Shown one piece after another: positions 28,769-36,668 of a stretch of 64,000 nt of DNA. The position numbers were made by a program, and so were the translations under genes. Below the pieces are notes generated by a model. That model had not been told where the DNA came from, did not search any database, and was given only the letters and a program-made list of their open reading frames with translations. The stretch spans positions 72,177 through 136,176 of the forward strand of contig CAMYLR010000011.1 of the NCBI GenBank assembly GCA_947259315.1, in the 5' to 3' direction. How positions within the stretch are numbered: the stretch's first letter is position 1; each line of letters begins with the position of its first letter. The DNA is from an uncultured Gemmatimonadales bacterium (GTDB taxonomy: Bacteria > Gemmatimonadota > Gemmatimonadetes > JACCXV01 > JAHWKZ01).

Positions 28769-30045
28769 TCTCGGCAGTACCGCATATCGTCGCTTGGAAC
28801 CTCACCCGGCGCTGCAATCTCGCCTGCGCCCATTGTTACATCGCGGCTGGATCGTGGCACGCGGCTGGAGAGGAGCTGCCGACCAGTGACTGCCACCGGA
28901 TCGTGGACGAGATCCTGGCGGTCAACCCGTCGCCGATGTTGATCCTGTCCGGCGGTGAGCCGCTGCTGAGGGATGACTTGGAATCGATCGCCGCTCGCGC
29001 TTCAGCCGGCGGTGCAACGGTCGTAGTCGGTACCAACGGCACTCGATTGACAGACGCGCGAATCGCGTCGCTCATGGCGGCCGGGGTGCAGGGTGTCGCG
29101 GTGAGCGTCGACTCCCTCGACCCTGTGTATCACGATCGTTTTCGACACGGCGCGGGCGCGCTCTCCGACACGTTGGCCGCGGTAGAGCGATTGAGCGACA
29201 ACCGCTTGGATCTCGTTCTGCAGACCACCGTGACCCGCGGGAATCAAGCCGAAATAGGACGCCTCGCGTCATTGGCCGCTGATTCCGGGGCGGTCGCTTT
29301 CAACGTCTACTTCGTTGTAGCCACTGGAAGAGCCGGCACCATGAAGGGGATGTCGACCGCGGAAAATGATGATGTCTTGACAGAGCTCGCCGCGCTCGAG
29401 CGCGAGTACCGCGGTCGGATGCTCGTTCGGTCGAAGTGCCAACCCCAGATCATGCGTCACGTCTACGATTCGGATCCCGAATCACCGCTGTTGAACTACG
29501 CCACTCGTTGCCCGTGCGGAGTGCAGTACTGTCGGATCACGCCCGACGGGAAAGTGACGCCGTGTCCCTACATGGAGGTCGTTGCCGGCGACTTGAGTGC
29601 GCAATCGTTCGGTGAGATCTGGAGCGACTCGCCGGTGTTTGGGGATCTGCGCAGAGGAGAGCTGGGTGGGAAGTGTGGTCGTTGCGGGTATCGTGAGATC
29701 TGCGGTGGATGCCGCGCGCGGGCCTTCGCCGAGACGGGCGACTATCTGGGACCGGACGGGTCGTGCGGCTATGAGCCTGATGGTGTCGAGTCGCCGGTGA
29801 CGCGGACGCGTGAGATCACCTACGGCACGCCAGCCCGGGCCGAGCTCGAGTGGTCACCCGAGGCGGCGGAACGAGTCGCTCGGATCCCGAGCTTCGTCCG
29901 CGGTGTCGTGACTCATCGCGTCGAGACCTTTGCCGCTGACCACGGTCACGATCGCGTTACCGCCGCGCTGCTCGACGAGGTGCGATCCCAGATGCCGATC
30001 GACTTCTCGAAACGCCGACCCTTCTTCAGCCGGAAGCGCGAGTGA
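28765..30045 (+). CDS. Radical SAM/SPASM enzyme (NirJ/AhbC/AhbD-like) with C-terminal PCP_red-like domain
   Basis: WNLTRRCNLACAHCY, SGGEPLLR, SPASM C...PCPY...CGRC...CGGCRARA...C; WSPEAAERVARIPSFVRG tail. Confidence 0.88.
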   Translation: MISAVPHIVAWNLTRRCNLACAHCYIAAGSWHAAGEELPTSDCHRIVDEILAVNPSPMLILSGGEPLLRDDLESIAARASAGGATVVVGTNGTRLTDARIASLMAAGVQGVAVSVDSLDPVYHDRFRHGAGALSDTLAAVERLSDNRLDLVLQTTVTRGNQAEIGRLASLAADSGAVAFNVYFVVATGRAGTMKGMSTAENDDVLTELAALEREYRGRMLVRSKCQPQIMRHVYDSDPESPLLNYATRCPCGVQYCRITPDGKVTPCPYMEVVAGDLSAQSFGEIWSDSPVFGDLRRGELGGKCGRCGYREICGGCRARAFAETGDYLGPDGSCGYEPDGVESPVTRTREITYGTPARAELEWSPEAAERVARIPSFVRGVVTHRVETFAADHGHDRVTAALLDEVRSQMPIDFSKRRPFFSRKRE

Positions 30046-30046
30046 G

Positions 30047-31870
30047 ATGAGTAGTGTCGCGACGGTGTTTCGAATCGCCGCGGTGGGGAATCTGCCACGG
30101 CTACGTGGAACGCGTTCGTTGGTTCCTAGCTTTGGCGCGGTCGCGCTGGGGCTGCTTATGGCGCAATCGGGGTTCGCGCAGGAAGCCGGTATCGCGACCC
30201 GCGAGTACGGCGACTTCCCTTACATCGGCAGCCGAGTAGCGGTGTGGATAGCGGCGCAGGTCCACCTCATGTTCGCGGCGTTTGTTCTTGGCGTCCCGAT
30301 GTTCGCGATGGTCGCCGAGGCGATCGGCATCTTTGGTGGCGACAAGCGCTACGACCGACTGGCCAAGGAGTTTACCCGACTTCTGCTGATCGCTTACAGC
30401 GCGACCGCCATCTGGGGTGCGGTTCTGGTTTTCTTCCTGACCACGTTGTACCCCCGGTTCTGGGCTCACCTGTCGGAGATCTTCGAAGTCTCGATGTGGA
30501 TCTACGTCGGGCTCTTCTTCCTCGAGTCGTTCACTCTGTACCTCTACTACTACGGTTGGGATCGTTGGAAGGCAGGGACCGCGAAGTACGCGCACTGGGG
30601 GTTGGCGATCCTGCTCAACATCTGGGGCACGGCGGTCATGTTTATCGCCGACAGTTGGTTGAGCTACATGATGAGCCCGCCGGAAGTGATCACGGCCGAT
30701 CCATCGCCGGGGGTCGTTCAGTTGTGGAGCGCGATCAACAACGCCACGTGGATGCCGATCAACATCCATCGCATCATCGCCAACGTCGTGTTCGGGGGCT
30801 CGGTCGTCGGCGCTTACGCCGCGTACCGGTTCCTGGCCGCCAAGTCCGATGAAGAGCGCGCGCACTACGACTGGATGGGGTACGTCGGCAACTTCATCGC
30901 GATCGGGGCGCTCATCATCCTGCCGTTCGCCGGTTACTACCTGGGACGCGAGATCTACGAGTTCAACCAGCAGATGGGGATCACGATGATGGGTGGTTTC
31001 ATGAGCTGGTTGTGGATCATTCAGGCCTTCTTGATCGGCGTCTTGTTCTTGACCGGCAACTACTACTTGTGGGTCGGCATGACTCGCATCCCCGGTGCCG
31101 AGCGGTTTCTTCCGTACACCAAGTGGATGCTCGTAGTGTTGGTCATCGGCGTTATCGTGTGGGCCACGCCACACACGATGATCGCCAATCGTGCCGAGCT
31201 CGAGGCGATGGGCGGCTCTCACCATCCGTTCCTGGGTGTGTTGGGCGTCATGAGCGCCAAGAACACCGCGGTCAACCTGATGATTCTGACGACGTTCCTT
31301 TCGTTCCTGATGTACCGACGAGCCAACAAGCGCCCGGTGGTCGGGTGGGCCAAAACAGGGACAATCGTGCAGGCTTCGCTCTTCGCGTTATCCGCCGCGG
31401 TCGTGCTCTTCTACGGCGTCTATGGCTACTTCGTGACAGCGATCGTGCGGATCGGCTTCAGCGTCTACCAGGTGCTGGCGGTGCTGGGGACGATCATCGC
31501 CGTCATGGTGCTCGATGTGTTGATGCTGCGCGGCTCCGAATCGCGAGGCGCGATTCAGTGGGGCAACATGCCGGCGCGATCGCAATACGCACTGTTTGTC
31601 TTGGTGGTCACGTTTACCTGGCTCATGGGATTGATGGGCTTCGCGCGCAGCGGCATTCGCCAACACTGGCACGTTTGGGAGGTCATGCGCGACACCAGTC
31701 AGTGGGCGGCCACCCCAGCGTTGGGACCCGCGGCTCAGGTGATCAGCGTGTGCGTTCTGATCTTCCTCGTGCTGATCGCATTCATCTTCTGGCTTGGCGG
31801 GTTGGTGGAGAAACCGCAGCTAGTACCGGAACAACCGGCACCTGGAGCTTCCGGAACCGTGACGAGCTAA
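30047..31870 (+). CDS. Cytochrome bd subunit I (CydA)-like membrane protein, non-canonical type
   Basis: AQVHLMFAAFVLGVP, FFLESFTLYLY, SWLSYMMSP, NIHR; C-terminal MGFARSGIRQHW in place of ExGRQPW; no cydB nearby. Confidence 0.8.
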   Translation: MSSVATVFRIAAVGNLPRLRGTRSLVPSFGAVALGLLMAQSGFAQEAGIATREYGDFPYIGSRVAVWIAAQVHLMFAAFVLGVPMFAMVAEAIGIFGGDKRYDRLAKEFTRLLLIAYSATAIWGAVLVFFLTTLYPRFWAHLSEIFEVSMWIYVGLFFLESFTLYLYYYGWDRWKAGTAKYAHWGLAILLNIWGTAVMFIADSWLSYMMSPPEVITADPSPGVVQLWSAINNATWMPINIHRIIANVVFGGSVVGAYAAYRFLAAKSDEERAHYDWMGYVGNFIAIGALIILPFAGYYLGREIYEFNQQMGITMMGGFMSWLWIIQAFLIGVLFLTGNYYLWVGMTRIPGAERFLPYTKWMLVVLVIGVIVWATPHTMIANRAELEAMGGSHHPFLGVLGVMSAKNTAVNLMILTTFLSFLMYRRANKRPVVGWAKTGTIVQASLFALSAAVVLFYGVYGYFVTAIVRIGFSVYQVLAVLGTIIAVMVLDVLMLRGSESRGAIQWGNMPARSQYALFVLVVTFTWLMGLMGFARSGIRQHWHVWEVMRDTSQWAATPALGPAAQVISVCVLIFLVLIAFIFWLGGLVEKPQLVPEQPAPGASGTVTS

Positions 31871-31874
31871 AACG

Positions 31875-32669
31875 ATGTGGGCGACGAACCTCAAGATTCT
31901 GGGCATCGTGCTCGGCACACTCGCCCTGTACACGTTGATCGCCAACGGCATCCCCCAGGTCGAGTCCGAGGTACCGCAGGAGTTGTCGTTCACAGGCGAA
32001 GTGAGCGCGGCCGAGTTGGTGGCGGCGGGTGAAGAGTTGTACGCCGGGGCTGGCGGCTGCACCGCCTGCCACGGGCTCGGCACGCGGGCGCCCAACTTGT
32101 TGAGCGACGCCGGCGGTCAAGGTGCGATCGGCGCGCGCTGCGGCCAGCGCGTAGAGGGTGAATCGTGCAAGGAGTATCTGTATCGATCGATGATCGAGCC
32201 CAATGTGTTTGTCGTTGAGGGGTTTCAGCCGATCATGCCGGACATGCGACGGACGCTGTCGGAGGTTCAGATCTGGGCCATGATCGCCTATCTGCAAAGC
32301 GTGGGGGGCGAGGTGACGGTCACCGGCGACGACATCGCGGCTGCGCAACCTGCCGGTGAAGACGAGGCGTCGGATTCAGGTGCGGGAGCGATGATCGTAG
32401 CGACCACTGATCCGCTCGAGTTGCTGCGTGAGATGCAGTGCCTGGCTTGTCACTTGCTAGGCGACGAGGGGGCTCAAGTGGGTCCGCCTCTCGATGACCT
32501 CGGAAGCCGCCTGACGACTGATCAGATTCGTGAGTCGATCCTCGACCCCAACGCGGAGTTGGCGGCGGGCTACGAACAGTTCGGCGGTATGATGCCGGCC
32601 AACTTCGGTCAAAGGCTGACCGCCGAGCAGCTCGAGGTGATCGTGTCGTATCTCGGATCCCAAAAGTGA
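31875..32669 (+). CDS. Membrane-anchored dihaem cytochrome c
   Basis: CTACH and CLACH, each followed by (I/M)MP distal Met; N-terminal TM. Confidence 0.9.
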   Translation: MWATNLKILGIVLGTLALYTLIANGIPQVESEVPQELSFTGEVSAAELVAAGEELYAGAGGCTACHGLGTRAPNLLSDAGGQGAIGARCGQRVEGESCKEYLYRSMIEPNVFVVEGFQPIMPDMRRTLSEVQIWAMIAYLQSVGGEVTVTGDDIAAAQPAGEDEASDSGAGAMIVATTDPLELLREMQCLACHLLGDEGAQVGPPLDDLGSRLTTDQIRESILDPNAELAAGYEQFGGMMPANFGQRLTAEQLEVIVSYLGSQK

Positions 32670-32676
32670 GCGTGAC

Positions 32677-33480
32677 TTGAGCATCAATCGGTATCTGCGC
32701 CATCCGTTTTGGCAGGCGATTCTGGTCCTAGTGATCGCGTACGTGTTGATCGAGTACGGCATCCCGTATTTGCCTCCGCTAATCGGGATCAGCAGCGCGC
32801 CGGTACCACAGTCGGTCGTGTTGCAGTACATGCTGACCGTGTTGGCGGGAGTACTGATCTGGGTCAGCGACAATGAGGAGCGTTGGGCGCGGTTTCGCGA
32901 GCCGATCCGCGCGACGCTCGTCGATCGCGACAAGCGAGTGTTACGGATTGCGCTACTCGTCATCGTCCCGCTGCTGACCGGATGGCTCACTTTCCGCGCC
33001 GTGCGTCAGACCGTGGCCGCGCCCCCCAGCTTGCGGTCGATCCATCCGGCACCACCGTCGTCGATCACGTTTCGTGGCCAAACGATGCAACTCGCTGGGC
33101 TGGAGAACCCGCTGCGCGAAGGCGACTTGATGGCTGAGGCCTATCGTGTCGGGAAGCGCGTTTACTACCAGAACTGTCTGCCGTGTCATGGCGACGCGCT
33201 GAGCGGAGACGGGCACTACGCGCACGGATTCACGCCCGCACCGCTGGCGTTTACCGGTTCGAGCACGATCGCTCAGCTGACCGAGAGTTTTGTGTTCTGG
33301 CGGATCGCCAAGGGCGGCCCGGGACTTCCACGCGAGGGCACGCCGTGGAACTCGGCCATGCCGGCGTGGGAGGACATCCTGAGCGAGGACGAGATCTGGT
33401 CGGTGATCGTGTTTCTGTACGAGCAGGCAGGCGTCTCGCCCCGGACTTGGGAAGAAGCCGAGGGGTCTGGTGAGCACTAA
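32677..33480 (+). CDS. Membrane protein with monohaem cytochrome c domain
   Basis: Three TM segments, CLPCHG, SAMPAW. Confidence 0.88.
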   Translation: MSINRYLRHPFWQAILVLVIAYVLIEYGIPYLPPLIGISSAPVPQSVVLQYMLTVLAGVLIWVSDNEERWARFREPIRATLVDRDKRVLRIALLVIVPLLTGWLTFRAVRQTVAAPPSLRSIHPAPPSSITFRGQTMQLAGLENPLREGDLMAEAYRVGKRVYYQNCLPCHGDALSGDGHYAHGFTPAPLAFTGSSTIAQLTESFVFWRIAKGGPGLPREGTPWNSAMPAWEDILSEDEIWSVIVFLYEQAGVSPRTWEEAEGSGEH

Positions 33481-35017
33481 GGGGTTTGCGATAGGGGTCG
33501 CGTTGAGCGCATTTGTCGCGGCCGCGCCGGCGGCCGCTCAGGAAACGCCTGTCGGAAAGGCGATATACGATAAATGGTGCGCCGAATGCCACGGCGAGGA
33601 CGGTGCAGGCGACGGCTCGGCAGCAGCCTACATGTTGCCGCAGCCGAGGGACTTCACCACCGGGCTGTACCAGATTCGCACCACGCCCAGCGGCGAGCTT
33701 CCCACCGATGATGACATCCTCAGAATGATCGACGAAGGCATGCCCGGGTCGGCGATGCCAGGCTGGAAAGAGTACCTGAGCGACACCGAGCGCAACGACC
33801 TGGTTCAGTACCTGAAGACCTTTTCACCGTTCTTCGAAGACGAAGCCCCGTCGCCGGTCGAGTACGGTGGACCGCCTGGAGTGAACGAGGAGGGCCTCGC
33901 CGAGGGGAAAGAGTTCTACGACAAGATCGAGTGCTGGAAGTGCCATGGACAGGCTGGCCGCGGAGACGGTCCGTCGGCGCCGACTCTCGAGGACGATTGG
34001 GAGCTTCCGATCCGAGCCACAGACTTGACCGAGGGTTGGAACTTCAACGGCGGCCACACGACGGAAGCGATCTTCGCCCGGCTGATGACGGGGCTCAACG
34101 GAGCGCCGATGCCGTCGTTCGCAGACCTGATCGACGCTGAGTTCATGACCGAGGAACAGCTGTGGCGCGTTGCGCAGTACGTGAAGAGCCTCTCTCCCGA
34201 GACGCCTGAGGTTCGAGAGGTCGTTCGGGCGGCTCTGGTCGAGACGCTTCCCACGAGTGTCGACGATCCGGCGTGGGATGCAATCGAGAGGTTTTACATC
34301 CCTCTCGTCGGGCAAATAATCGTCGAGCCGAGGTGGTTCGCGCCGACGGTCGACGGCGTGTGGGCGCAGGCCGCTCATGACGCCCAGCGCGTCGCGTTGC
34401 GCCTAACGTGGAACGATCCATCGGAGAGCCCGAATCCGGAATGGGAGGAGTGGCGGCAGCGCGTGGTCAGCGTCATGGAGCCAAGCGTCGAGGCCACTGA
34501 CGAGTTGCTATCCGATGCGCTTACGGTTCAGTTCCCAACCACGATCCCCGAGGGCATGAAGCGTCCCTATTTCTTGATGGGTGCTCAGGACGAGCCGGTG
34601 TACTTGTTGAGTTGGAACAGCGGTGGCGGCGCAACCGAAGCGCTCGGTCGCGGGATGAACGCGATCGAGCCGATCGGGGGTGCCTCGACGTTGACCACTG
34701 AGTCGACGTTCGATGATGGACAATGGCGGCTCTATTTGAGTCGCGATCTGATCACTGAGAGTGCAGATCGGCTGGCTATCGAGACTGGCCGTCCGATTCC
34801 CATGGCGATCTTCGCCTGGGACGGTTCGAACGGCGAGTCCGGTACGCAGGGCGCGATAAGCACGTGGTACTTCTTGTATCTCGATCAGCCGACGGAGAAC
34901 ATTACGTACGCGTTTCCGGTAGTGGCGGTGCTTTTGACAGCCGTGCTGGGCTTGGTCATCATTGCGCGCGCTCAGCGCGCAACCGGCGGCGGTGGCCCTG
35001 AACCCGGGTCTGATTAA
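33470..35017 (+). CDS. Dihaem cytochrome c + EB_dh-like (DOMON haem b) domain, C-terminal TM anchor
   Basis: CAECH, CWKCH, PRDFT, SAMP/PMP; LTWND, DALTVQFP...PYFLMG, AWDGSNGE. Confidence 0.85.
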   Translation: MSTKGFAIGVALSAFVAAAPAAAQETPVGKAIYDKWCAECHGEDGAGDGSAAAYMLPQPRDFTTGLYQIRTTPSGELPTDDDILRMIDEGMPGSAMPGWKEYLSDTERNDLVQYLKTFSPFFEDEAPSPVEYGGPPGVNEEGLAEGKEFYDKIECWKCHGQAGRGDGPSAPTLEDDWELPIRATDLTEGWNFNGGHTTEAIFARLMTGLNGAPMPSFADLIDAEFMTEEQLWRVAQYVKSLSPETPEVREVVRAALVETLPTSVDDPAWDAIERFYIPLVGQIIVEPRWFAPTVDGVWAQAAHDAQRVALRLTWNDPSESPNPEWEEWRQRVVSVMEPSVEATDELLSDALTVQFPTTIPEGMKRPYFLMGAQDEPVYLLSWNSGGGATEALGRGMNAIEPIGGASTLTTESTFDDGQWRLYLSRDLITESADRLAIETGRPIPMAIFAWDGSNGESGTQGAISTWYFLYLDQPTENITYAFPVVAVLLTAVLGLVIIARAQRATGGGGPEPGSD

Positions 35018-35085
35018 CGTCTAGCCGACATTTAAGGGGTCGATAGCATCGTTGCATTGATCAACCACACATGAAGGAGAGGGAT

Positions 35086-35913
35086 ATGAACTTTTCACTG
35101 AGGCAGATCCTCGCCTTGGTCGTGGTGTCGGGGATCTCGATCGCCACCGCTTGTGGTGGTGGTGGCGAGCCAACCGATGACGGGGCCGACGGCGACGCTC
35201 CGGCAGCGGCCGGTCCGGTCGTAAGCCCGGACAGTGCGGCCATGATCACCGGGACGGTTTCGTTCGAAGGCACGGCGCCGGCGGCCGAGCCGATCGATAT
35301 GAGCGAGGAGCCGACTTGCGCCGAGAAGCACCCCGATGGCGCCATGCGCCAACTGGTCATGGTTGCGGGCGGTGGGTTGGCCAACGTCTATGTCTACGTG
35401 AAGTCGGGGTTGGGGGACCGGAGTTTCCCGACTCCGTCGGCGCCGGTGACGCTGGACCAGGACGGCTGCGAATACATGCCGCACGTCTTGGCGATACAGG
35501 TAGGGCAATCGCTGGAGATCAAGAACAGCGATGGGATCCTCCACAACATCAACACCCAGCCCACCGTGAACCGCGGTTTCAACATCAGCCAGCCGGTCGT
35601 GATGGAAACGTCGCGGGAGTTTTCGCAACCGGAAGTCATGATCCCGGTCAAGTGTGATGTCCACGGTTGGATGGAAGCGTTCATCGGTGTCCAGGCTCAC
35701 CCGTACGCGGGTGTCAGTGGCGCCGACGGATCGTTCTCGTTGGCGGATCTGCCTCCCGGTGAGTACGAAATCGAAGCCTGGCATGAGTTGTACGGGACGC
35801 AGTCCCAAACGGTCACCGTAGGGGTCAAAGAGACCGCCGAAGTGAGCTTCACGTTCAGCTCCGATATGGCCGGGAACCACGTGCCTCTAGGCGAACCGCT
35901 CGTTCTCAGATGA
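35086..35913 (+). CDS. Lipoprotein with cupredoxin-like and carboxypeptidase-regulatory-like domains
   Basis: Lipobox ATAC; LDQDGCEYMPH, NSDGILHNI, KCDVHGWM, LPPGEYEIEAWHE. Confidence 0.75.
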   Translation: MNFSLRQILALVVVSGISIATACGGGGEPTDDGADGDAPAAAGPVVSPDSAAMITGTVSFEGTAPAAEPIDMSEEPTCAEKHPDGAMRQLVMVAGGGLANVYVYVKSGLGDRSFPTPSAPVTLDQDGCEYMPHVLAIQVGQSLEIKNSDGILHNINTQPTVNRGFNISQPVVMETSREFSQPEVMIPVKCDVHGWMEAFIGVQAHPYAGVSGADGSFSLADLPPGEYEIEAWHELYGTQSQTVTVGVKETAEVSFTFSSDMAGNHVPLGEPLVLR

Positions 35914-36668
35914 ACTGGAGTTGGCTGATGCCCGAGCCGGCGTCGACGTTTGGCGCCGGCATCGACTCGATCTACTACATCATCCTGTGGATCACCGGGG
36001 CGATCTTCGTGCTCGTCGAGACCGCGTTGATCGTGTTCATCATACGGTATCGGCATCGCGAGGGTCGGGTCGCCGCTTACTCCCACGGCAACAAGAAAGC
36101 CGAAATCGTATGGACAGTGATCCCGTTCATTTTGGTGCTGTTTATCGTCTACGCCAGCAACGACATCTGGTTGGAGGTCAAACGAGCCGACCAAGGCGGT
36201 GCGGCTCCGGCGGACGCGCTACCGCTCAGGGTAGTCGCTAAGCAATTCGAATGGAACGTGACGTACCCGGGCCCGGACGGAGAGCTCGACACCGCTGACG
36301 ATTTCGTCAAGCGAAACCAGCTTCACGTCCCCATCGGAAGGGCGGTTCGGATCGATCTCGGATCCGAAGACGTAATTCACTCGTTCTTCCTGCCGGATTT
36401 TCGCGTCAAGCAGGACGCCGTGCCGGGGATGACGATCCCGGTCTGGTTCGAGGCCACACGAACCGGAGAGTTCCCGTTGGCGTGCGCTGAACTGTGTGGG
36501 TTGGGGCACTATCGTATGCGCGCCTCGCTGACGGTCCACGAAGCTGCCGATTTCGATCTTTGGCAGTCCCAAGAGATCGCCGCCAGCGGCTCGCCGACTG
36601 GTGCCAGTGAGATCGATACCGAAAGAGCAAATGAAGCCGAGATCAGCGAAGGGGAGGAGAGCGCATGA
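35910..36668 (+). CDS. ctaC: Cytochrome c oxidase subunit II (CuA, no fused cytochrome c)
   Basis: EIVWTVIP, QFEW, DVIHSF, KQDAVPG, CAELCGLGHYRM. Confidence 0.95.
   Translation: MNWSWLMPEPASTFGAGIDSIYYIILWITGAIFVLVETALIVFIIRYRHREGRVAAYSHGNKKAEIVWTVIPFILVLFIVYASNDIWLEVKRADQGGAAPADALPLRVVAKQFEWNVTYPGPDGELDTADDFVKRNQLHVPIGRAVRIDLGSEDVIHSFFLPDFRVKQDAVPGMTIPVWFEATRTGEFPLACAELCGLGHYRMRASLTVHEAADFDLWQSQEIAASGSPTGASEIDTERANEAEISEGEESA

Noticed and set aside
25814..30045. PCP_red domains as evidence of (bacterio)chlorophyll synthesis
   Set aside because: Only the small C-terminal module is present; no bchL/N/B catalytic domains or other photosynthesis genes are in the window
33470..35017. Nitrite oxidoreductase or ethylbenzene dehydrogenase complex
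   Set aside because: Only a gamma-like domain is present; no molybdopterin alpha or Fe-S beta subunit is in the window
35051..35065. GTTGCATTGATCAAC as an FNR box or a second MarR site
   Set aside because: Spacing is one base short of TTGAT-N4-ATCAA, and only the GTTG/CAAC arms match the MarR site; chance cannot be excluded
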